Below, one piece after another: positions 39,526 to 51,042 of a DNA stretch of 64,000 nt (the first letter of the stretch is position 1; each line of letters begins with the position of its first letter). Below the pieces are notes generated by a model. The model ran no database searches. It was not told the DNA's origin and was given only the letters and a program-made list of their open reading frames with translations. The DNA comes from Monocercomonoides exilis PA203. Its lineage: Eukaryota; Protista; Preaxostyla. Position numbers and translations under genes: made by a program. The stretch is taken from the NCBI GenBank assembly GCA_001643675.2, contig LSRY02000022.1:1116001-1180000 (forward strand). Reading direction: 5' to 3'.

Positions 39526-41974
39526 TCATTCTTTTCCTCCATCACTTGGAGCCGACCCGCCCGCCACAGGCTTCTTCACCTCCATCACGAAGTTCCCAGA
39601 CACCGGAATCTGCCTTGTGTACTTCATCTCTGTGATCTGCTTCTCATTGTATCTCTTCATCACCTGTGTTTCCTTCTGCTTGGACTCCCGTGTCCCCACC
39701 TGCCCTTCCTTCTCTGCCTCCACCTGCGTCTTCACCATGAAGCGCTGGAATTCAGTCACTGAGTAGGCTGGGGAGGTGATGCCTAAGTGGACATATCTGA
39801 TGGAGGGGGAAAAAAGCACAAGTTAAAAAGAAAAATAAATAAATTGAATGAAAGAAAGTGAAAAAAAAATAAACAAATTGACATATTAAAATTATATGAA
39901 ATTAGAAATAAAATTAAGAAAGATAGAGAAACAAAAGCATCACACAAAAAGAATATAAAAATTGAACAATAATGTTGATTAACAATAAATTCATTCATTT
40001 CATTTCTCTCCTCTCTTTCTCTCTCTCTCTCTCTCATACTTCTGCAGCAGCGCATCCTCCACGTCCCTCTCGTTCTCCACTGAATCCACCGCTCTCGGGT
40101 TGTTTGGCTCCATCACCCGTGTCACCGTCATCGGGTGCTGGTGCTTCCTCACCCTCGTCTGCCCCATTCCCATCCCAGACATCGTCGTCATCCCCATCGC
40201 CGAAGTCGTCGTCTGCCCCAACGTCCCTCCGGACATCGCTGACGCTGCCCCGCTCTCCCGCGTCGCCCCCATCCCTGTCTGTGTGGCCTCTCCTTCAAAC
40301 CCTCTCTCTCTCTCTCTCTCCATCCCACCCGTCTCGTCCATCCCCATCCCTGAAGACGTCGTCATCATCATCCCCCTCTCCTCTCCTTCTCCTCCCATCT
40401 CCTCCTCATCCACCGTGCCCATCAGCACATCCTCCATCTGCATGCGGATCGTCGACTTGTACAGCTGCACCGACTGCGTCTGCGCCGCACTCACTCCACC
40501 AGACGCTCCTCCGCTTGTTCCCTGCGCCATCGCCTGCGCAACCAGTTGCTGCCTCTTCTTCGCTGGCGATACAGTCGCCGCACTTGCTCCGCTTCCTTTC
40601 CCGTCTCCCCCGTCTTCCTTTGAGAACGTCCGCTCAATCAGGGATTTGCCCAAGCGGATCTTCTTCTTCTTCTTCTTCTTCCCAAGCATCATCGCGTGTG
40701 CCTGCGCCGCGCTGCCAGATGCTGCGCCTGTATCTGCCTTGCCGCCGCTTCCAGCTGCAGATTCTCCGACTTTCTCTTCATACTCAATAAATAGATCATC
40801 TCCATCTTCGTCTTCTTCCTCGTCTTCTTCCATCATCATCGCATTCAGCGCCTCAATCTCGTTCATCTTCTCTCCCTTTCCGCTCCCTCCAACTCCTCCT
40901 TTCCCGTTCCCTGCACCTGCTCCTTGCCCCGCCCGGCGCTCCAGCTGCGGCACGGTCTTCGAAGAGAACGGAGAAAACGTCGAGCGCTTGACCTGCCGCT
41001 CGGGATCAGCAAAGAGCTCGGTGAATGGAGATTTGGTGCCTGTCGAAGTGATGGCAGGTGTGTTCCCAGCTGCCGTGGCTTTCACTTTTGTTCGTGCTCC
41101 TTTCGCCTTCTCGTCTTTCTCTTTCACTTCCTTCGCTTCCTTTTCTTTATCCCTTTCTCTTTCTCTTTCTCTTTCTTTCTCTCCTGTTTCTCTTTCTGCT
41201 ACTGGTGATAATGTTGCATTGACTTCTCCGCTGCCCGCTCCATCATACATCATTTCATCTTCTTTTTCTCCTCTAGCTTCTCTTTCAAGTTTTTCACGTA
41301 TTTTTCTCCTTAATTCTGCATCATTGGAAAAAACGGGCTCCAATTTCGCTGTTCCTGTTGCCTCCATGTCTCCTTGAAATCCAACTTGATCATCGGTTCC
41401 TAAATCTGCAAAAGGTGATTCTTATTTAGTGTTGATAACAAACATTATTCGAAATAAAAAAAATCTTACAACAGGAATTTTCATAAATGCTTTCAAACTT
41501 GCATTTGCTCCTTCGGTTGGGGCTATATCTGAACCATATTCAAGTATTCTTCTCATAGCCGCAAAATTTTTGAATTGATAATTTGCGATTACGTCCGGAC
41601 TCAGTTGAAGCGCAACAATATGATCCATATCTTCAGTCATAACCTTTGCAGCATCAGCATCGTTCATAATTGTATCTTTGAGTTTTTGTGTCAAAGAAGA
41701 TTCAACACGAGGATTTGTAGAATTCAGTTTTGTTGTTTGTTGTGGACTGATAAATTTTCAAATTAAATTGTTACTTTTTCTAGGGAAAAAATATATGATT
41801 ATTAAACCTCTTTGAACGCGCTTTTGGGGATGTTGAAGAATAAGTGGATGTTCGAAGCAAATCCTTTCCAGATCCTTTTGGAGAAAGCTCCATTGATGAA
41901 TTTGCTCTTCGAGAAGAATTTTGCGGACTTCGAACTGTCGGTCCTTGGCTTGGTTGATAAGAAGTTGAGCTCAT
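39526..41974 (-). CDS. Hypothetical protein with low-complexity regions (4 exons)
   Basis: Consecutive minus-strand ORF segments (41780-41974, 41422-41750, 40038-41400, 39526-39797) are separated by AT-rich GT..AG introns. Confidence 0.7.
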
Positions 41975-42306
41975 TGATAAATAAACTCAAAAACACCAAA
42001 AAAAAGATGTGAAACGGTTGAAAAGTAAAAAATGGTATAAATTTGATCATTGACATTAGGTGAGACAAAAATTCTTGCATTCACGTAAGTGGAGGCAAAG
42101 ATTTATTCAAAACTTTTTCCACTTTCTTATCTTTTTGAATCAAACAATCTCATGCAAAAAAGTGTAGAAAAATATAATAAAAGAAAAAATGAGAAAAATA
42201 TTTGTAAACATTGTGTGGAACAAAATTCATAAACCAAAAAATTTCGTCCCAGATATTATAAGTTTTCTTTACAAAAGTTGTGAAAAGAATAACTTCAAAA
42301 TTTAGT

Positions 42307-42450
42307 AACAGAACATAACTGAACATAACAGAACATAAAAGAAAATAAATGTGAAAAAATTAAAGTCAATAAAAAAATAAATGACGATAAAAAAATAAAT
42401 GTCAATTAAAAAATAAATGTCAATTAAAAAATAAATGTCAATTAAAAAAG
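42307..42450. repeat. Two short tandem repeats: ~4x 10-bp AACAGAACAT and ~5x 18-bp TAAATGTCAATTAAAAAA
   Basis: Directly visible in the intergenic region. Confidence 0.75.
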
Positions 42451-42772
42451 AAAAGAAAATGGAAAGTGGAGTGATCCCGTCATAAAGATAATCCCACTCA
42501 CAAAATTTATTGTTTTCGTTTTAAAATTGCTTCAACGGTTAACCCTAAAATTATGCCACAAAACCCAAAACCAACATTTGGTCCAATCTGAGCTTGTTTT
42601 ATTTGTGAGAACACATCACCTAATAAATACAGTTAGAATAAGATACAAATATTTTTCTGAATTGATGGCATTGATCATGGGACCAGGACCTACTCCATTT
42701 GCGAGGAAATAATGAATATTCATTTTTAAAAAAATCCATCTTCGATTAATTCAAAACTGTCGAATCATGCAG

Positions 42773-45092
42773 CTATGGCTGACTGATCCTCAACTTCATC
42801 TGGCAAATTGGGCACTCTCCAACAGTTTCTTTCCAGTCGCTTCCACACTTACTATGGAACGAATGCCCGCACGTGAATATTTGTAATGAGCTTTTGCCTT
42901 GTCTTCCATGGCAAATTCCACACACCTTTGGAACAGCTACATCATATGGCAGTGTTGGATGCTTTACAACTCTCTCACTGGGCAATGCTTCAACCTGCAG
43001 CAAAAGAAACTTTGCTGTTCCGGCTTCCTTCTCGTCGTATGTCGTATATTTTTTATCCTCCGCTTCCTTCCATGGCATGTGAGTCACTGTCCCATCCTCT
43101 TTCACAGATGAAATCCGCCATCTGCAATCATAGAATCCCGGCTTCAGAGGCACAATCTGCTTCAGGCAGCACGGACAGAACGGCTTGCTCCCATGCAAAT
43201 CAAATGTCTTCATTCTCCATCTGCAAATTACCTGTTTCTTGAATGCAGGACATCCCTCGTTCTCGCATATTCCTTCGATGCTGATCCCTCTTCCCACAAC
43301 ACGCCATGGCGGGGCTGTGTTGCTGAACGACCTCTCCACCAATGCATCAGTCTTCGTCACATCCACAAATGAAAGCGCTGGCCCGCTCATCCCGCCTCTG
43401 CTTGTTGGAAGCAGATGCACTGTTGATTCAGGTCCAATCCCAAAATCTTCCAGCACATGACAGTCTTTCAGCCACCTTCCTGCCGATACCAGCCGCATCT
43501 TGCTCACATCCACTCCTTCAACTGCTGTCACCTTCCGCTTCACATCCTCCACTGACTCTGCCCCGACCACCTCCACATTCACTGCCTGCCCGTCCAAATG
43601 CATCACTCGCAGGTTGAACCCGCCCCTCAGCTTCAACACCAGATGCACTGTGCATTTGTCCCCGATCCCATACTCACTAAGCTCCATCTCGTCTCTCAGC
43701 TCTTTCAACCCCCACACCAGTCTCTGCTGCTCTACCGGAATCCCTTCTCTTTCTGCCACCATCTGCTTCACATCCCTCACTCTTGTCACTGCTGCGTTCA
43801 TCCCAAATCTCAATGTTTGCCCACCGAGCGATTTCACAAACAGGTCACTGCTCTTCCCTCCAGGCAGTCTCAAAACAAGAGGGATGATTGCATCCTCTTG
43901 AATATCATAGGACGATAGAGTACGGTCATCCTCCAAATTCTTACCATTAAACGTCAGCTTCTGTTCATCTGGGCGTGTGTTATCATATTCGTATATCCTT
44001 TCTTTCAAATCTTTAACGGTCATCTCCGAATTAACATCGATTTTAAGTGTTTTTCCTGAAAGCTTTCTAATGCAAATTTTGAACATTTCTTCGTTTTTTT
44101 CATATACACAAAGCTTATCTTTATCCTTAAAGCCGAATGAAGAAATCTTCCTGTCATTATCCATATTCGTCCCTCCCCCAACGAGCGTCATCTTATTTGA
44201 GCTTATTCCCACTGCCGGTTCTAATTTCTTCTTCAGCTCTTCCACAAGCATCTCCTTTTCTGCTTCAATGTACAGTTTATTTCCTTGGCCATAATCAATT
44301 TGAAGTAAAAGCGTTTGAGATCCATTTTGCTCAGCAGCCTCTGTTCCAACATTTGATGGGTTTGAGCTGGAGGATGGCGTGGATGAAGAAGCCTGCTCTT
44401 GCAAACAATTCGCTGTAATCAACTGATAAACGAGGCAGCACAATCCACTTTGCCCGCAGTACGTCAGCTTTGATATATATTTTCCTTCTGAACTATCCCA
44501 AAATTCGAAACGCCCTCTTCTCCATATTCCTGAATACTTTGCACCCATTTCTGACACAATCGAAATATACCCTGCCTGCATATGTAAGTTCCCAAATGTC
44601 ATCTCGACGAACTCGTCAATCGTTGTATCAGGCTTCACATTTTCCACTGCAACCGCTTTCCCTTTCATTTCGTTGTTGCAAACAGTCACGCGAACAGCAA
44701 ACTGCTTTGAGCTGCGCAGCTCTGGCGAAATATTTTCTTCAACTCTTGGCAAGGGATCTTCATTTTCAGTGGCTGTGGACGCTGACCCAGATGAAGATTT
44801 TCTCATCACTAAATTAATTCTTTCTCTACTATTCTGTTAATAAGGAAAAGAATGACAAGAAAGAGAAGTTGAAAACAAAAGAATTGAACCACACTTCAAA
44901 AACATCTCGCACTTTTGCATCGTCAGAAACTATTTTTTGCTTTTGAGTGAAATACAAATCACGCGCATCAACATCGTATTTGTCCGCAAGCCCTCGCAAA
45001 ACTCCCTTCATCCAATCATCAATATTCAGATTTAATGAAATGTTCCCCTCCTTGAACGTGCAAAAATCCACTGTTTCCGTGTACGTTGACAT
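42773..45092 (-). CDS. Multi-ubiquitin-like-domain protein with Cys-rich domain and C-terminal RING-H2 finger (~752 aa; exons 45092-44895, 44833-42773)
   Basis: Five clear UBL domains plus one possible, three of them ending LRLPGG, LKLRGG and PTSRGG. These are followed by [22 protein letters not shown]...CPCC...FYDCRW and a RING-H2 (CGIC...CGHSFHSKC...CPIC). A GT..AG intron at 44834-44894 keeps the frame. Confidence 0.9.
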
Positions 45093-45525
45093 TCAGTTCA
45101 GTTTTCTTTTTTAATTTTACCCTTTTTTTTTATTGGATTTCGATTTTCTTAAACAGTTATGTTTTTCAAAAAAACAAAATTTCACGAGGTGGGAAAATAA
45201 TATAAATGTATCTTTTTTGCTGTTCACCTTTATTTTTCGTTACGAAATAAATATGTTAATAAATGAGCGTTTTTTTAATTTGTTCAAAAATCACAATTTT
45301 TAATGTCTTGATTGTTTGAAATCAAAAATCAGTCTTATGACAATTAATTATATTTTTTTTCAAATATCAACAAATAAACAGAGCAAAATTCACAAATAAA
45401 CATGAAAATATCCATGCAAATGAAAATTACAAACATTTAAAAAAAAGAAAAAGAAAAAGAAATCTAAACGTCATTCAATTATCGATATAAATAATAATGA
45501 TAATTAACTTTCAAATCCAATGCCA

Positions 45526-47197
45526 CTAAAGAAATGTGAATAATGCGAGTCTGTTTTCGAAATCCCACACAAAATATGGCCTTATTGCTGAGCCGATAAC
45601 AACGGATTCATCACCAAACCCTTCTTCTTCCAAATATTCCTTTATCAATAACGCTATTTCCTTCCTGGAATTTGGCACGCCGCTTTCCATCTTATTCAAC
45701 TCAATGGCCATTGCGCTTGCCTTTTTGATAGCTTTCCGTCTATTCATCAGGAATAGCCTTTCCAGATAGCTTGAAATGCATCGAATCCCTTCTTGCCCAA
45801 AGGACACCAAGTGGCTGTACCGTTTTTTTTCCAACAAAAACACATACAGACACTCTACACCTTCTTCTGCTCCTTCAAAGTCGCATTCAACATTAAGTTC
45901 TTTCACACGCACAATTTTCTTCTGAAGGGCTTGAAGCAGAAGATGGTTAAATCGCTCTGAATAAGCCACTTTTCCACCGATAAATCTAATGCCGTTTCGG
46001 AAAAGATGCACAAAAACCCACTTCACAGCAAAGCGGCACAGTTCAACTTTCAATGCATTTCTATTGCTTTCTGCTTCTGCTTCTTTCAGATCTTCCATTG
46101 AGCACACAAGCGCATCTTCGCACAACTCATACTGATCCAACTCCATTTCCTTCCCAATTATTAGATAATAAAATTTCAGACAGGGATTGTTTATAAGTAT
46201 TGGCGTAACACTCAAATAGAGAATGCATATTAGTGCAAGACCTGGAAGTCTTATCGCCTTGTTCTTGTGCTTTTGAATCACAAAAGAAAATGTCTTCCTC
46301 AGGAGGTTCTTAATACTGTGATACCCTTTGGAAATATAAGAATAAAATATAAAGAATAAATAAAATTAAATTAAAAAAAAATGTAAAGCAAATGAAAATT
46401 GAAGTTTAGCATTTAAAAATAGCATCAGAGCGAAAAAAAAAACCTTTTTCTTTAACGCAAAACAGAACAGACAATATTTTTCAGAATCATTTGTATTCGG
46501 AGAAAAAGTTGATGAATATAAATAACAATAGCAAAAATTCACAGGAATATAACAAACATTCAAAATTTGACAAAAATAGAAGCCCAAGAGACGCCAAACT
46601 TACACGTGCCTTCCAATTATGTTCATTTGTTTTAATTTTTAACATCTTGCAAAACAATTTTCCAAGCATTTCTGTGTATTTCCCATTAAAATATCCATCT
46701 GTAAAACTGCAGCAAAATCCCACTGCCGCAAGCTCAAAAAGTTCCAGATCCATTAATTTGCGTGGAGAATTCATCATATCCAAAAATTGTTTTATAAATA
46801 TCTTGTCCAGATTTGTGCAAAATGCATTATAAAGATAATTGCATCCAAAACTTTTGCGGATATAAAACAAAGCAAATAATTCCAATATATCCTTGTTAGT
46901 TTTGTCGCTTAATCTGCAAATATTAAACTGTTTTTCAAAATGCTGCAATTCCAAAATAAATGAATTATCTGATAGATATGAATACGAACAATTCTGAACA
47001 ATATTCACAAAATCTTTTCAATTGAGAAATTTGTTTTTTACAAAAAGATAAATTTTTTAAAAAACGGAAAAAAAGGTATTAACGCAAAAAATACTTTCGC
47101 CTCGAAGTGTAGCATGTGGAATTTTTGTTGAATTCTCTGAAGGATGAGCTAATTTTTCTGGCACATGTCTTTTATCGCATATTTTGTTCGATTTCAT
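45526..47197 (-). CDS. Hypothetical alpha-helical protein, probable distant paralog of the expanded family (multi-exon)
   Basis: Minus-strand ORFs 46487-47008 and 45526-46281 plus a short first exon MKSNKICDKR. The C-terminal IKEYLEEEGFGDE matches the family motif VFEKMEEEGYED. Confidence 0.6.
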
Positions 47198-47664
47198 AAT
47201 TCATTTTTTAATTATGGCATTTCAATTTGAGATTATTGTTATTGACAATAGCGTTTTATAAAGAAGAAGGGGGTGAGGTCTGTCGTTGAAAATTATGTCA
47301 AACTTGCATTATTGAACATTCAGTACATCTACGTTACATTTTTATTTTCTGCAATTGCTTTTATTGTCATCAATTTGAAACCTTTAAAATGTTTGCGTTT
47401 CAAAATAAATGGATTAATAATCAACAAAACTCATATATAATTTTAAAATTGCTAAAACTTAAAGAAATCCCACCATTCCATATTTCATTCAAACATAAAA
47501 ACCTCACTTTCCCAAAACTCAATCTCCTTTGAAGAGCTCAATTCTAAAATGCTCCTTTTTACTTCTGACAAAACTTGTTTCGCAACATGACATCGAAAAT
47601 AATTCGAATTAGATTAAGAATAATTCATTTTCGAAATTTTTTAAAAACTGTCGTTATTTATTTA

Positions 47665-48060
47665 CAGATATCGCATAAAACACCGGACATCGCTCAAAAT
47701 ACCGGACAAGATCGAATTCACAATAACTGCAATAGTAATAATTCTGATAATTTTCCCCAAAATATATCTCATCAATGCAAACTCAATTGATAAATGTGAC
47801 TTTCAAAACAGCTTCATTTGTGCTCAGAAAAAATTATTATTTGATTCCAGGAGAAACTAGATTTTGAGTTTCTCAAGATTTGAATAATTATTTATTTCTG
47901 AGCAAAAATGAAGCTATTCAGAAAGTCTTGTATTCCACGTGAGTTTGTATTGATGAGACATATTTTGAGGAAAATTATCAGAATTTTACTTCTTGCGGTT
48001 ATTGTGAAATCGATCTTGTCCGGTATTTTTTGCGATGTCCAGTATTTTTTGCACAAACTG
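47665..48060. mobile_element. Old Tc1/mariner-type fold-back MITE (396 bp)
   Basis: TA|CAG...CTG|TA ends. Imperfect 194-bp arms (47665-47858 and 47867-48060) surround an 8-nt loop, with duplicated subterminal AAAAYACCGGACA motifs. Confidence 0.8.
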
Positions 48061-48875
48061 TATTTTCGAAAATTTGATTTTTTTTTATTGGAAGAAAAAA
48101 TTTTAGCAAGAATGAAAAATTCACACCTAGCACGTTTTATTATTCGATATTAAATTATTCTATCACAAAAAATCCGAAAAAAAAAAAAAAAAACGAGTTT
48201 CTGAATGTTCCTTAAAGTTGTGATTAACCGTATTTTTTTCCAAACAATTTTTTTTGTCTCTAAATTGAAAAAAAGAAAAACATCAATTATTAACACGAAA
48301 ATGAATTCGTTTTCTTTATGTATTGACATTAATAATAAAATTTTCAATCAAAATGAATGAAAAATGATAAATGAAAATGCATCATTTTTCAATAAATGAT
48401 AAATAAAGTCAATTGATGAGATAAAAACCAAGAGAATTTTCACCCCGAAACACAGGTTATTCATTCCTCATATCAATTATTTTTTCGTTTCGAAATTGAT
48501 TTATTATTTTTTCGATATAGAAATATTAATTTAGAAATTGAATTATTTTTATTTCCGAATAAGAATTATTTTTTGTGTATATCAAGGAAAAATGTTTCAG
48601 TTGTTCCATTATCGTTTTTTTTGTTTTGAGCATTTTTCATCAACATCAAATTCAAAGTTTTAATCCAACTAGTATGAAAAAGAAGATTTATTTATTTATT
48701 CAAACTTGTTTGAATAATTGCGTACTTTATATAAAAAGTGAATAAATATATCCGCAACGATTTTTTAAAAAAGGAACAAAAAAAAAAAAAAATAAATGAA
48801 AAACATTGATAATTTGAAAACAAGAGATGATTTATTTTTAATAAGAGAAAGACACGAAAACAACATCAGTCATCC

Positions 48876-50872
48876 TCAATCAAGGCCTGCCATCGAGCGA
48901 AGCACGAGCTCAAATCCCTCATACTGCTTCATCGTGCCCGAAGCCGCAGCTTTTGCCATCTCCAGCACGATCTCTTCATCCAGCACATTCAGCAGGTAGA
49001 TCAGCAGAGGGATATCGCTGATTGTCCGCAGAAACAGCTCTTTCCTCTTCTTCGCTTCGAGAAGGTGCTCCTTCAGATCGGCATTAGATGGAGTGTAGAT
49101 GGGGCGATTGGAGATCGGGAACATGTTTGTGAACCGCGACTCGAATGAAGTGATGGGGACCTGAGAAATAAATGCACACACAAAAAGGGAAAGGAATATT
49201 GAATTATTTAGGTATTTTTTGTTAAAAAAAAAACATATAAAAAAAATATTAAAAAAAAAAGAGACAACCAAGAATAAATTTATAATTTTTATTTTTTTTT
49301 AAAAAAAAATCGTTTTTTGTTATTAAACGCAATCTACATACCACAACCAGACCAAATTCGACCTGTATTTTGTTTGTCTCTTTCATCTCCACCAGCACAG
49401 GCTCCTTCGTCTCGATCACATCCTCAAACTCTTGCTCGTCTTTGACAATTCCTCTCCTGATTATCCGCGTCAGCTGCATCGACACCTGATACGCAGACAT
49501 CCCCTGCTTGTCCTTCTCCTCCTCCTCTTCCTCTGCCAGCGCACTCGAAGGCGTTGAGGAAGAAGATGCCTTTTGCATCTCCTTCTTTTCCCTCTTCTCC
49601 CTCTCTCTCTTCTCTCTCTCTTTGTCAGGCAGTGTCAGTGCCAGCGTGGTGAAGCGGTGTCCGTCTTCAATCTGGAACCGGGCTGCCTGGATGGCCTCCT
49701 GCGCTGTCAGCGGGCTCTCCCTCACATCGTGCGAAAACACCCACCCAACACGCTTCATCCCCAGCGCCGCCGCCAAATGCGCCATTTTGTCTTTCAGCGG
49801 ATCCGGAAGTAGCCCGACCCCTTCTGCCGTCGACAGCTGCGGTGGCTCGTAGATGAACTCCGCTTCGACTCCCTTCTCGGGTGTTTCTCGTCCATAGATA
49901 ATCCCAATACGCTTGAAGCGCTCTCCATAGGTGATGGCAAACGAGGCAAACGCCTGCCCTGCTGATTGGCTCAGTGAAAATTGTTTGCACTTTCTCTTTG
50001 TCTAAAAAAAAAAAGAAAAGAAAAGAAAAAAATAGAAATATAGATATATTTAAAGTGTTATAATATAAAATAAACAAAAACATATATTCGAATTTATATT
50101 TTATTCAAACCTGCCTCTTCATTGTTGGCATCAAACTGTGTTTCCATTCTTGACACTGGACACAAGATCCCCAAGGTGGGTGAAGTGGGCAGTGGCGTTG
50201 CAGTTCTACATATCTTCGAGACTTTGTGCATTTCGGACATTTCATGGATGGAGGATGGGTGCATTTCCCTGATTGCTCAGCTTCTTCACCTGATGAATCT
50301 GATCCAGCATCTTCGTCAACAAGAATTCTTGTTGTTCTGGCAGCTGCAGAAAACTCTGCAGGCGCCTCTAAAGGATCTGCTGATTTTCCTTCTTCGGGTT
50401 TTTCTGTCGAATCTGCTTCAGAATAATTTGCAAAAACCCGTGTTCCGTTTTCAAACTTGCAATCTGCGAGTGTCGATGTTAGTGGAAAACCTTGCTTTTC
50501 GGGTTTCGGAGAAATGGTAACTTCCGAGCTATTAACATGCACTTGTGTAGAAAACTAGTTTTGTAAAAACATGACGTCAACAATATTTCTGTTATGTCAA
50601 ATGGTTACATACTTTTTCAATTAAATCTTTGATAGTACATGTGTTCATAATTTCAATACGAAACATTCCATCCCTTGACGTTATTCTCACAATCTATTTT
50701 ATTAATCCATTATGAAAAAAGAAATCGCAAATAATCAAAAATAACGAAAAATTCTAACAATCTGCTTTGGTGTTACGGCTGGAGGGCGAGGACTTGCTGG
50801 CTTTGTAGTCTCAACAACATTATGAGTTGACGGTTTTTTTGTGGAAAATATGGATTTCCCTCTGTTAAACAT
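48876..50872 (-). CDS. NPL4: Nuclear protein localization protein 4 homolog (Cdc48/p97 cofactor), 5 exons
   Basis: IVRITSRDGMFRIEI UBL start; CTHPPSMKCPKC and CPLHPPWGSCVQC zinc fingers; KRIGIIYG...EFIYEPPQ; LGMKRVGWVFSH; LTAQEAIQAARFQ; AYQVSMQ; FPISNR; ISDIPLLIYL. Confidence 0.9.
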
Positions 50873-51042
50873 GGACTTATCGAGAATAAATTCAATAATT
50901 TTAAAAATGAAGGTAATGGATCGAATAATTATTTCTTTTTTAAATGAGATTGGAAAATTCATGAGGTGATTATCATGAAATAAATACCCTCAATTCTTTT
51001 AAGAACATTGTTTGTGTTGATCTCACCCATTTGAATACTTTG
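50873..51042. promoter_or_regulatory. Probable bidirectional promoter between NPL4 and IFT121
   Basis: Only 170 bp separate the divergent inferred start codons (50872 minus, 51043 plus). Confidence 0.5.

Noticed and set aside
42361-42450. Repeated 18-bp unit as a CRISPR-like array
   Set aside because: The units are contiguous with no spacers, the context is eukaryotic, and there are no cas genes.
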